In this document: in pieces, positions 35,136 through 43,543 of the stretch
Numbering within the stretch: position 1 is the stretch's first letter
Layout of the letters: each line of letters opens with the position of its first letter
From: Elusimicrobia bacterium HGW-Elusimicrobia-1
Lineage (GTDB): Bacteria > Elusimicrobiota > Endomicrobiia > PHAN01
DNA: 64,000 nucleotides
Direction of reading: 5' to 3'
Assembly (NCBI GenBank): GCA_002841695.1
Contig: PHAN01000003.1
Coordinates: 164,849-228,848, forward strand
Notes under the pieces: model-generated
Seen by the model: the letters and a program-made list of their open reading frames with translations, nothing else
The model's database searches: none
Told to the model about the DNA's origin: nothing
Made by a program: the position numbers and the translations under genes

Positions 35136-35834
35136 TTATAATTTGAGTTTTCCGGCCCTGGCGAGTTCCGCGGCTTTCTGATAATCTTCGTGACGGCCTA
35201 TGTCCAGCCAGAAGCCGTCGTGCGGGACGCATAAAACTTTCATCCCGTTTTTTTTGAGACGCAGCAGCAAGTCGGGCATCCCTATCGACTCGCCCTTCCG
35301 TATCAGAGAAACCGCACCGCGTTTCAGCGCGTATATTCCGGTGCTCACGTAAAATAACCGCGATGGTTTCTCCGAGTACGACGCCAGCCGCCACTTATCG
35401 TCGGGCTCCACTATGCCGTATTCGATTACGGCTTTTCTTTTGGTAACGCACACCGACGCGTCCGCGCCGGATTTTTTATGCCGCGCCAGAAACTTGCCGT
35501 AATCGACGTCCGATAGAATATCGCCGTTGGTAACAAGAAAGTTGTCGTCGAGGCCGCCCGCAAGTTTCAAGGCGCCCGCGGTGTTGAGGGGTTTAATCTC
35601 GTGCACGTAGCGGATTTTTACGCCCAGCTTTTTACCGTCGCCGAAGTATGCCCGCAAGAGTCCCGCGAGGTAACCCGTGGAAATAACCATTTCGCGGAAG
35701 CCGCATTTTTTAAGGCGCCTTATTATTATCTCAAGCACCGGCACGTCGCCGACGGGCATAAGCGGTTTTGGAATTATCGTCGTGTAAGGTCTTAGCCGCG
35801 AGCCCTTTCCGCCCGCAAGTATTATCGCTTGCAT
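35136..35834 (-). CDS. sugar-1-phosphate nucleotidyltransferase
   Basis: 'MQAIILAGGKGSRLRPYTTIIPKPLMPV' is the NTP-transferase signature. Confidence 0.7.
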   Translation of the reverse strand: MQAIILAGGKGSRLRPYTTIIPKPLMPVGDVPVLEIIIRRLKKCGFREMVISTGYLAGLLRAYFGDGKKLGVKIRYVHEIKPLNTAGALKLAGGLDDNFLVTNGDILSDVDYGKFLARHKKSGADASVCVTKRKAVIEYGIVEPDDKWRLASYSEKPSRLFYVSTGIYALKRGAVSLIRKGESIGMPDLLLRLKKNGMKVLCVPHDGFWLDIGRHEDYQKAAELARAGKLKL

Positions 35835-36824
35835 TTATAAGTTGTAAACCTCCGGTTTGTACGACCTTATGTTCGCGCGGACGTAGTCAATGGTTTCGCG
35901 CAAGCCATCTTCAAGCGTGTACGACGGTTTCCACCCTGTCGCGCGGCGGGCTTTTGAAGCGTCGGAGATAAGCACCAAAACTTCGCTTTTCGACGGGCGC
36001 ACCCGGATTTTGTCCGTTATTATTTTGAGCTTTAATCCGGCTATCGACGAGATAATCTTTATGAGCTCGCCCACGCTCACGCCCCTGCCCGTGCCGAGGT
36101 TCAGTGTTTCTCCGTCGGCGGCGCGTTCGGCGGCTTTTATAAATCCCTCGACCGTATCTTTAACGTAGGTAAAGTCCCTGACCGGCCCGACGGAGCCGAC
36201 TTTGACCTCGCCTCCGTGTGTCAGCATCTGCGATATTATCGTCGGAATAACGGCCCTGGCCGACTGCCCCGGGCCGAAGGTGTTAAACGGTCTGACAGTA
36301 ACGACCGGAAGGCCGAATGAACGATGGTAACTCTCCGCTATTTTATCCGCCGCTATTTTCGAGGCCGAATAGGGCGACTGTCCCACAAGGGGATGTTTCT
36401 CGTCGATAGGAGTGTATTGCGCCGTGCCGTAAACTTCGCTTGTGGAAGTGTGGATGACTTTATGCGTCTTGTTTGCCCTGGCCGCCTCCATTACGTTGAG
36501 GGTTCCCTTGATGTTTGTCTCGACGTAGTGTTCCGGAGCGACATAGGAAAACGGTATCGCAATGGCCGCCGCCAGATGAAACACGGCGTCGGAATCCTCC
36601 GTTATTTTTTTTACGAAGAACGGATCGCGTATATCTCCCGATATAACTTTTACTTCTTTGATAATTTCGCGGGGCAATTCTTCGAGGCGGCCCCAGTTGT
36701 TGCGCGAATTGTAGTGGACCAGAGCCGACACCTTCGACCCTTTTTCTACGAGAGCGCGTACCAGGTGGCTTCCTATGAAGCCGCCCGCTCCGGTGACAAG
36801 AACTCGGGATTTTTTCAGTAGCAT
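35835..36824 (-). CDS. NAD-dependent sugar epimerase/dehydratase (4,6-dehydratase-like)
   Basis: 'VLVTGAGGFIGSHL' and 'YSASKIAADKIAESY' (YxxxK). Confidence 0.65.
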   Translation of the reverse strand: MLLKKSRVLVTGAGGFIGSHLVRALVEKGSKVSALVHYNSRNNWGRLEELPREIIKEVKVISGDIRDPFFVKKITEDSDAVFHLAAAIAIPFSYVAPEHYVETNIKGTLNVMEAARANKTHKVIHTSTSEVYGTAQYTPIDEKHPLVGQSPYSASKIAADKIAESYHRSFGLPVVTVRPFNTFGPGQSARAVIPTIISQMLTHGGEVKVGSVGPVRDFTYVKDTVEGFIKAAERAADGETLNLGTGRGVSVGELIKIISSIAGLKLKIITDKIRVRPSKSEVLVLISDASKARRATGWKPSYTLEDGLRETIDYVRANIRSYKPEVYNL

Positions 36825-36904
36825 ATCGTAAACCGTGTTTCCTTTTGAATTTTAAGAATGAATCCGCACGTAGTATATAAAAAATTGTCACATCTTCCCA
36901 AAAT

Positions 36905-38371
36905 ATGTATAATACCGGAATTATGGACGGCAAAACCGTAATTTTTATCGCGGTTGTGACCATCGTGCGGGCCGTTTTGTCGGCTTCGCTGGAACTCCAT
37001 CCCGACGAAGCGTACTACTGGCTCTGGTCCAGGCATCTTGCCGCGTGCTATTTAGACCATCCTCCGTTCGTCGCGTTTTTAATAAGAATGACGACGATAT
37101 TTTCGGATGCGGAATTTTGGGTGAGATTTTCCGGGCTCCTCGGCGGTGTCGGGGTAAGTTTACTGGCTTATCTGCTCTCGCTTGATATTTTCGGCTCCAA
37201 ACGGGCGGCGTTCTGGAGCGTGGCGATATTAAATGTTATGCCTCTTACGGGCGCCGGTTTCGTGATAACGCCCGACATCCCGTCATTCTTTTTCTGGGCG
37301 CTGTCCGTGTGGATTTTCTGGAAAATCGTTCGTGCCCCCGATTATTCCGGCACACGCCTGTGGACGGCGCTGGGCGTCGCTTTCGGACTTTCGATGTTGT
37401 CTAAATATACTTCCGTATTGTTCGCCCCGTGCGCTCTGCTCTTTTTGACAGTGTCCGGCGCGCACCGACGGCATCTTAAAACTTTTAAGCCATATCTGTC
37501 GCTGCTGATAGCCGCCGCGATTTTTATGCCGGTGGTTTACTGGAATTATATGCGCGGATGGGCGTCGTTCGCGTTCCAGTGGGCGCACGGAACCTACGGG
37601 GCGGGGAAGTGGTTCAACATCGCGGAGTATCTGGGGGGACAGGCGCTCAACGGCGGAATTTTTATTTTTATTTTAATGCTCGCCGCTTTTTGGGGGGCGA
37701 TACGAAGCGGCGATTGGCGTTTGCGCTTTCTTTCGTCGATGAGTATTCCGGTATTTATTTTTTTCGGATGGGCGTCTTTTAAAAAAACAGGGGAGTTAAA
37801 CTGGACTGCCCCCGCGTTTTTTGCCGCTGCGGTTCTGGCTTCCGGCTGGGCGTTCGCCCCGCTTGGCGTTCCGGGTGAATCCGCTCCCGCCTTCAGACGG
37901 ATTTTCGCGCGTTTCTCCGTGGTTTTCAGCGGGGCGCTCGTAGCCGCGCTGTGGACGCACGCGCTGCTCGGCGCGCTGCCTATGTACCGCGTCGACGAAA
38001 AATGGGCGCTTATGGATCCGGTCAATCGTTTTCGCGGATGGCGGGATTTTACCGCCGAAATTGAAAGCGCGGCGAAGGGCGACCCGGTAATAGCCATAGA
38101 TTACCAGTCCGCTTCGGAACTTTTGTATTACTCGCGTATGCGTCTGGACGTGCGCGCCGGAACGAATAATTTTCCGTACTGGCGCCAAGATAATGCCGCC
38201 GTGGCCGGACGCTGCGTGGCCTACGATTATTACACGGATGTTTATTCCGGCCCCGTCAATCCGTCGAATTACGGAGCCGTGAAACAAAAACGAATTTTTG
38301 AGGCCAAATATCGCGGTCGTACAATAAGGACATACACCGTATACGACTGCCGCGGCTTTAAGGGGTTTTAA
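36905..38371 (+). CDS. GT39/GT83 (ArnT/PMT-like) membrane glycosyltransferase
   Basis: 'LHPDEAYYWLWSRHLAACYLDHPPFVAFLI'; multi-TM. Confidence 0.65.
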   Translation: MYNTGIMDGKTVIFIAVVTIVRAVLSASLELHPDEAYYWLWSRHLAACYLDHPPFVAFLIRMTTIFSDAEFWVRFSGLLGGVGVSLLAYLLSLDIFGSKRAAFWSVAILNVMPLTGAGFVITPDIPSFFFWALSVWIFWKIVRAPDYSGTRLWTALGVAFGLSMLSKYTSVLFAPCALLFLTVSGAHRRHLKTFKPYLSLLIAAAIFMPVVYWNYMRGWASFAFQWAHGTYGAGKWFNIAEYLGGQALNGGIFIFILMLAAFWGAIRSGDWRLRFLSSMSIPVFIFFGWASFKKTGELNWTAPAFFAAAVLASGWAFAPLGVPGESAPAFRRIFARFSVVFSGALVAALWTHALLGALPMYRVDEKWALMDPVNRFRGWRDFTAEIESAAKGDPVIAIDYQSASELLYYSRMRLDVRAGTNNFPYWRQDNAAVAGRCVAYDYYTDVYSGPVNPSNYGAVKQKRIFEAKYRGRTIRTYTVYDCRGFKGF

Positions 38372-38375
38372 TCAT

Positions 38376-39074
38376 ATGAAGTGTCTGGCGATAATACCCA
38401 CGTACAATGAAAAAGAGAACATCGCGACGCTTATAGAGCGCATTCTGTCCCTCGGCAAGGGATTCGATATACTCGTTATAGACGACGGTTCGCCCGACGG
38501 CACTGGCGATATCGCATCCAAGATAAGCGAGTCGAACCGGTCGGTTACGCTGATGCGCCGCGCCGGCAAGTCGGGTCTGGCCAGCGCGTACATAAAAGGA
38601 TTCGGCTACGCGCTTGAAAAAAATTACGATGTCATATTCACCATGGACGCGGATTTTTCTCACAATCCCGATTATATGCCCGGTATGCTGGAGCGTATTA
38701 CGTCGTCGGATTACGTCATCGGTTCGCGCTATGTCGCGGGCGGAGGGACGAGCGGCTGGCCTCTTTCAAGACGGATAATAAGCCGTCTCGGGAATTTTTA
38801 CGCGCGCGCCGTCACCGGCATAGGCATCCGCGATTGCACGTCCGGATTCGCCTGTATCAAGACCGGCGTCCTGCGCTCCGTCGGAATATCCGCGATCAAA
38901 ACGGAAGGATACGGCTTTTTGATAGAGTTGAAATATCTTGCGGCCCGCGCGGGCTTCGCGGTTTCGGAATACCCCATAGTGTTCACCGACCGTGTGGCGG
39001 GGAAATCCAAAATATCCAAAAGCATAATTTTTGAGGCGATGGCGCTCGTCTGGAAACTCCGCTTTTCGCGATGA
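38376..39074 (+). CDS. GT2 polyprenol-phosphate glycosyltransferase (ArnC/DPM1-like)
   Basis: 'MKCLAIIPTYNEKENI...ILVIDDGSPDGT...FTMDADFSH'. Confidence 0.7.
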   Translation: MKCLAIIPTYNEKENIATLIERILSLGKGFDILVIDDGSPDGTGDIASKISESNRSVTLMRRAGKSGLASAYIKGFGYALEKNYDVIFTMDADFSHNPDYMPGMLERITSSDYVIGSRYVAGGGTSGWPLSRRIISRLGNFYARAVTGIGIRDCTSGFACIKTGVLRSVGISAIKTEGYGFLIELKYLAARAGFAVSEYPIVFTDRVAGKSKISKSIIFEAMALVWKLRFSR

Positions 39075-39114
39075 TGTCCGCGCTGTCTTCCTGCGATAGC
39101 TCCGCGACGGTATT

Positions 39115-40146
39115 GTGTCGTTTATGCGTGAAAATCTGAGTTTACTGCTCGCCCCTCTGACCTTTCCGTATTACCTCGGATATCTGGCCCATCGACGTCT
39201 GACCGCGCCCCGCAAATTCGATTGTCCCGTCGTCAGCGTAGGCAATATTACGTGGGGCGGGTCCGGCAAGACGCCGACAGTGATAAAACTGGCGGAAGAT
39301 TTTCTGGCGGCCGGACGGAAAGTCGCCGTTCTGTCGCGGGGATACGCGGGGAAGTCGTCTTCCGGCTCGTCGCCGCTGTGCGTTTCCGACGGCAATTCGA
39401 TAAAAGCGTCGCCCGAAGAGGCCGGCGACGAACCTTATCTTATGGCCGAAAAAATCGGCAAAGCCGTGATACTTGCGGGAAAAAATCGCGCCGCCTCGGC
39501 AGCCGCCGCGATAAAAGATTACGGCGCGGATGTCCTGATTCTCGACGACGGCTTTCAGCGCTGGGATATGGCCAGAGACCTCGACATTGTGTGCGTCGAC
39601 GCCCGCAATCCCTTCGGCAACGGTTTGTTGATTCCGGCGGGAATTTTGCGCGAGCCGCTGTCGGCGCTCGGCCGCGCGGGGCTGGTGGCGCTGACGAATA
39701 TCGATCAAATTTCCGCCGAGGAAGCGGATACTCTCAAAAAAATAATATCGCAACGCACTTCGGCCCCGGTAGTAACCGCAAGACACGCTCCGTCCGGCAC
39801 AAAGAACGTGTTTACCGGCGAGATGCGGGATATCGCCGCAGCCCGCGAGGTCGTGGGATTTTCGGGCATAGGCAATAATCAGGGCTTCAAAAAAACTCTT
39901 GCGGCGATGGCCGGCGGTTTGAAGCGTTTTTATCCTTTTGCCGACCACAGATGGTATTGCGAAAAAGATATTTTCAAAATGCTCGGGGAAAATCCGTCCG
40001 CGATTTTCGTTACGACCTTGAAGGATGCCGTCAGATTCGCCACTTTCCGGTCGCTGCCTCGGGAAAAGTTTTTCTACGCGGACGTAAATTTTGAAATTGT
40101 CGAGGGAGAAAACGCGTGGCGCGAAAAATTAAAGCCGTTATTTTAG
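39115..40146 (+). CDS. lpxK: tetraacyldisaccharide 4'-kinase
   Basis: 'VVSVGNITWGGSGKTPTVIKLAEDFLAAGRKVAVLSRGY' is the LpxK P-loop region. Confidence 0.75.
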   Translation: MSFMRENLSLLLAPLTFPYYLGYLAHRRLTAPRKFDCPVVSVGNITWGGSGKTPTVIKLAEDFLAAGRKVAVLSRGYAGKSSSGSSPLCVSDGNSIKASPEEAGDEPYLMAEKIGKAVILAGKNRAASAAAAIKDYGADVLILDDGFQRWDMARDLDIVCVDARNPFGNGLLIPAGILREPLSALGRAGLVALTNIDQISAEEADTLKKIISQRTSAPVVTARHAPSGTKNVFTGEMRDIAAAREVVGFSGIGNNQGFKKTLAAMAGGLKRFYPFADHRWYCEKDIFKMLGENPSAIFVTTLKDAVRFATFRSLPREKFFYADVNFEIVEGENAWREKLKPLF

Positions 40147-40697
40147 ACAGAGACGGCACTGTCATCGCAGAGAAAAATTATCTCAATCGCGTCCGCGACG
40201 TAAGTTTGCTGCGCGGCGCCGCAGCGGCGCTGGCGGAACTTCGGCGCGCGGGTTACCTTTTGATAGTGGCCACGAACCAGTCGGGCGTGGCCCGCGGGTA
40301 TCTCGACGAGAAAAAACTTAATGCCATCAACCGTAAAGTTATCCGCCTGCTTGCCGACCGCGGCGTGGACATCGACGCCGTTTATTACTGCCCCCATCCC
40401 GTCGACGGCGGCTGCGCCTGCCGCAAACCCGCCACCGGGATGATAGACGCGGCCATAAAAAAATTTCGATTCGACCCGAAACTGTCTTTTTGCGTCGGAG
40501 ATAAAATTACGGATATCGAATTCGGACACAATGCCGGAATGAAATCCGTAATGGTGCTTACCGGCCACGGCGCCGAGGAACTTGCCGAGGCAAAACGTTC
40601 CCGCCTCACCCGCGCCCGTCGCAAAAGCCGTCCGGATTTTGCCGCCCGCGATTTAGCGGAAGCGGCAGAGTGGATAATCGCTCAAACGACACTATGA
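40116..40697 (+). CDS. gmhB: D,D-heptose 1,7-bisphosphate phosphatase (HAD-IIIA)
   Basis: 'AVILDRDGTV', 'ATNQSGVARGY' and the Zn-binding 'CPHPVDGGCACRKP'. Confidence 0.7.
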   Translation: MARKIKAVILDRDGTVIAEKNYLNRVRDVSLLRGAAAALAELRRAGYLLIVATNQSGVARGYLDEKKLNAINRKVIRLLADRGVDIDAVYYCPHPVDGGCACRKPATGMIDAAIKKFRFDPKLSFCVGDKITDIEFGHNAGMKSVMVLTGHGAEELAEAKRSRLTRARRKSRPDFAARDLAEAAEWIIAQTTL

Positions 40698-41920
40698 TGC
40701 CATCCTGCCCCTGCCCGTTTCTGCAATCCCTTTTTGCCGAGTGCCCCGGGTTTTTTGTTTCAAAAGCCCGCAACCTCGCAAAATGTATCTTTTGTAAGTA
40801 CGTGTTGCGCGTCTCCATAAGTCCCCCTGTGTCCCCCTTTATTAAAGGGGGACACAGGGGGATTTTTTGTCACCCCGTCACTTTTTCACTGTTTTTTTCT
40901 TTTTCTATTTTCTATTTTCTATTTAGCACTCACGCTCTTTTCGCCGCATCTCCGCCGTCGTCGCACAAGATAATATGGGGCGACACTCTTGCCGCGATAT
41001 CCGCCCGCCATTACGGCTCGGCGCGGTTCTATCCGGCCATAGCCGCCGCCAATAAAATATCCAACCCTCATTTGATAATCGTCGGAGGTATTTTGATACT
41101 TCCGGACATTTCCGAGTTGGAAGCGGTCGCTGCCGCCGCCTCGCCCCCTGACATTACCCCGCCGATACCAATTGTTCAAGTCGCTCCGTGTACGCCAGAT
41201 GCCGTCGTTGTTTCGTCGGAGACGCCGAGCGCTTTTATCTGGCGCAAAGTCGACAATTCGGCTTTTGCCGTCGGCGAACATTTGACTTTTGAAATCAAGT
41301 GGCAGTTTATCACGGCGGGAATTGCCGTTATGAATGTAGACCGGATTGTTCCTGCGCCATCCGCTCCCGAACGGCTGTCTTACAAAATAGTCACCGAAGC
41401 CCGCTCCACGCCCTTTATCGACGGATTCTTTAAAGTCCGCGACACCAACATATCCTATATCGACGTGGAAAGTATTTGTTCGCACTCTATAGAATCCGAT
41501 ATCTCCGAGGGCAATTTCCGCAAAAAAGAACAAATAATATTCGATCAGGCAAATAACGCTTTTGCCCTCTCCGACGGCAGAACCGGCCCGACCGGACCAT
41601 GGGTGCAGGACGTTTTGAGCGCCCTTTACTATGTCCGGCTGCTTCCTCTTGAGCCCGGCGCGCAGTTTTCTTTTCCCGCCCATTCCGGAGATACGACATA
41701 TCCATTGTCCGTCAGAGTACTGGGCAGAGAGAAGGTTCGCGTTCCGGCCGGCGAGTTTGACTGTTTTAAGCTTGAACCGGCGTTGAGGGGAGACGGCGTG
41801 TTTAAGGCGAAAGGCCGGCTTTGGGTGTGGGTTACAGCCGACGCAAGACGAATGCCCGTCCTTATGAAGTCGCAGGTTTTCATCGGCTCTGTCGACGCGG
41901 TGCTTAGGGAATACAGATAA
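40670..41920 (+). CDS. LysM-domain secreted protein with DUF3108-like C-terminal region; start uncertain
   Basis: LysM: 'HKIIWGDTLAAISARHYGSARFYPAIAAANKISNPHLIIVGGILILP'. A hydrophobic signal-like segment precedes it. No ATG/GTG/TTG lies in frame between the hairpin and the LysM domain; the only canonical starts are at 40670 or GTG/TTG at 40794/40797. Confidence 0.5.
   Translation: MDNRSNDTMMPSCPCPFLQSLFAECPGFFVSKARNLAKCIFCKYVLRVSISPPVSPFIKGGHRGIFCHPVTFSLFFSFSIFYFLFSTHALFAASPPSSHKIIWGDTLAAISARHYGSARFYPAIAAANKISNPHLIIVGGILILPDISELEAVAAAASPPDITPPIPIVQVAPCTPDAVVVSSETPSAFIWRKVDNSAFAVGEHLTFEIKWQFITAGIAVMNVDRIVPAPSAPERLSYKIVTEARSTPFIDGFFKVRDTNISYIDVESICSHSIESDISEGNFRKKEQIIFDQANNAFALSDGRTGPTGPWVQDVLSALYYVRLLPLEPGAQFSFPAHSGDTTYPLSVRVLGREKVRVPAGEFDCFKLEPALRGDGVFKAKGRLWVWVTADARRMPVLMKSQVFIGSVDAVLREYR
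40823..40868 (+). terminator. perfect 18-bp palindrome hairpin + T-tract (terminator-like)
   Basis: ccccctgtgtcccccttt-att-aaagggggacacaggggg, followed by attttttg. Confidence 0.5.
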
Positions 41921-41922
41921 AG

Positions 41923-41991
41923 CAGTGGATAGTGGTTAGTGGCGAGTAAAAGCAAAAAGTTTTTCTAACCACTAACCACTAACCACTTTTT
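41923..41991 (+). terminator. hairpin built from CCACTAACCACT repeats + T-tract
   Basis: agtggttagtgg ... ccactaaccactaaccact followed by ttttt. Confidence 0.45.
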
Positions 41992-42018
41992 GTTACAGTT
42001 CCGTCAAAAATGTATAAT
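41990..42018 (+). promoter_or_regulatory. sigma70 promoter TTGTTA-17-TGn-TATAAT
   Basis: ttgtta at 41990-41995, 17-nt spacer, tgtataat at 42011-42018. Confidence 0.5.
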
Positions 42019-42067
42019 TTCCGAGTTACATGCTCCGGGAAAGTGAAAATAATTGAATAAAAAACAC

Positions 42068-42096
42068 TTGACAAAATTATATGCTTATAGTATGAT
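42068..42096 (+). promoter_or_regulatory. sigma70 promoter TTGACA-17-TATGAT upstream of mazEF
   Basis: ttgaca at 42068-42073, 17-nt spacer, tatgat at 42091-42096. Confidence 0.5.
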
Positions 42097-42137
42097 AATA
42101 GTAGTATTAAAATTATAAATTACAGCGGAGGCGCATT

Positions 42138-42383
42138 ATGAATACTGCTAAACTAACCGTTACTATTCCTTGTGATAAATATGAGAGGATAGAAAAAGAG
42201 AAAAAGCAAAAGGGTCTTAATAGAAGCGCTTTTGTTAATCTGATGATATCCTTTTTTTTCCAGGAAGAAGATGAGGCGGAGAAGGTTAAGAGATATATAT
42301 CCGGCTATAAGAAAAAACCCGAGGACATAAAGAAAATAGCCGCCTTTGAAAATATCCAGTCAAAATCATTGGGGGAATTTTAG
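42138..42383 (+). CDS. mazE: ribbon-helix-helix antitoxin (MazE/CopG-like)
   Basis: 'KLTVTIPCDKYERIEKEKKQKGLNRSAFVNLMI' has the RHH beta-strand and helices. RBS 'ggagg'. Confidence 0.6.
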   Translation: MNTAKLTVTIPCDKYERIEKEKKQKGLNRSAFVNLMISFFFQEEDEAEKVKRYISGYKKKPEDIKKIAAFENIQSKSLGEF

Positions 42384-42384
42384 C

Positions 42385-42696
42385 ATGCGTAAATGCGAAG
42401 TGTGGTGGGCAAATCTGCCCGCCCCTATCGGCAGGCGGCCGGTTGTGTTGCTCTCAAGAGATGCGGCATATGGTGTCCGCAGCGCTGTTACTGTGGCTGA
42501 AATTACTTCTACAATACGAAACATACCGGTAGAAGTGCCATTGGATATATCCGATGGACTGCCAAAAAAGTGCGTTGCGAATTTAGACACGATAATAACC
42601 ATACCAAAAGCGCACCTTGACACTTTAATAACCACTCTCGGTCAGGAGAAAATAAAACAAATTAATGAAGCGATAAAGTTTGCTCTGAGTCTATGA
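42385..42696 (+). CDS. mazF: MazF/PemK-family mRNA interferase toxin
   Basis: 'CEVWWANLPAPIGRRPVVLLS...AVTVAEITSTIRNIPVEVPL...KCVANLDTIITIPK' is the MazF fold. Start 2 nt after mazE. Confidence 0.7.
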   Translation: MRKCEVWWANLPAPIGRRPVVLLSRDAAYGVRSAVTVAEITSTIRNIPVEVPLDISDGLPKKCVANLDTIITIPKAHLDTLITTLGQEKIKQINEAIKFALSL

Positions 42697-42799
42697 GGCG
42701 AAATCTATAAAGTTACAGGCATTTATCTGGCGCTGACATAATCTACGACTTTGAAATGGCCCGCGCCGTTTAGTCGTTGAGATAAGGAGATTTCATTGT

Positions 42800-43159
42800 A
42801 TGAGACATGTAATTTTAGCGATTTTTCTTTGTTTTTTTGCGACAGGATGCGCGACGATTAAATCGCTTATGACCGTTTACCCTGAGTGGTCACCATACGA
42901 AGGGTTTAACCCGGTCACGGATAGGGATCTCGGTAGTGAGTTTTTCGACTTAACCGGCCGGGCCGACGCTATGGAAAAAATCAATAGAAAAGAGTTTGTA
43001 AAAATGGGGCAAGTTACATATAAGACGACATGGAATGAGAAAGTGTTTGAAGCTTTGAAATCGGAAGGAAAAAGAATGGGCGGAGACGCCATTACGAAAC
43101 TCAAAAAAGACCATATTTTGGGCGAGTGGGTTGGGGCCGAGATAATAAAATATAAGTAA
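42800..43159 (+). CDS. lipoprotein, unknown function
   Basis: 'MRHVILAIFLCFFATGC' has a signal peptide and lipobox. Confidence 0.45.
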   Translation: MRHVILAIFLCFFATGCATIKSLMTVYPEWSPYEGFNPVTDRDLGSEFFDLTGRADAMEKINRKEFVKMGQVTYKTTWNEKVFEALKSEGKRMGGDAITKLKKDHILGEWVGAEIIKYK

Positions 43160-43189
43160 ATACTTTTATAGAACGAGAGGCGACATTTT

Positions 43190-43543
43190 ATGGCGAAAAT
43201 ACTCTTCATCAACTCTCTTGTTTTTCTTTTTTGTGTTAATTCGGTTTTTGCGCAGCAAATCGTACTTGACCTTACTGCCGTCGCGGACCGCAATATACAG
43301 GCAGCGCTATATAAAGTCCATAAAGTTTTTACCGAGAATAAATGGGTTGAAAACATTCGGATACTTAATCAGAATTACAGTGAATCTAAAAGATTTTACG
43401 ATACTATGACCGAGTTATCAAAGCACAAAGGCGGACTTTTGGGATATTACCAAGACCGTGCGATTGACCGGTTTGACAGGGCTGGCAAATCAGCGTATTG
43501 GCGTTTAAGGATGCCCGACGGCAATGAAAAGACAGGTTTTTAA
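43190..43543 (+). CDS. secreted hypothetical protein
   Basis: Signal peptide 'MAKILFINSLVFLFCVNSVFAQQ'. Confidence 0.4.
   Translation: MAKILFINSLVFLFCVNSVFAQQIVLDLTAVADRNIQAALYKVHKVFTENKWVENIRILNQNYSESKRFYDTMTELSKHKGGLLGYYQDRAIDRFDRAGKSAYWRLRMPDGNEKTGF

Noticed and set aside
39142-39948. 268-aa minus-strand ORF and 218-aa plus-strand alternative-frame ORF (39222..39878)
   Set aside because: Both overlap lpxK, whose P-loop frame is unambiguous. They are high-GC artefacts.
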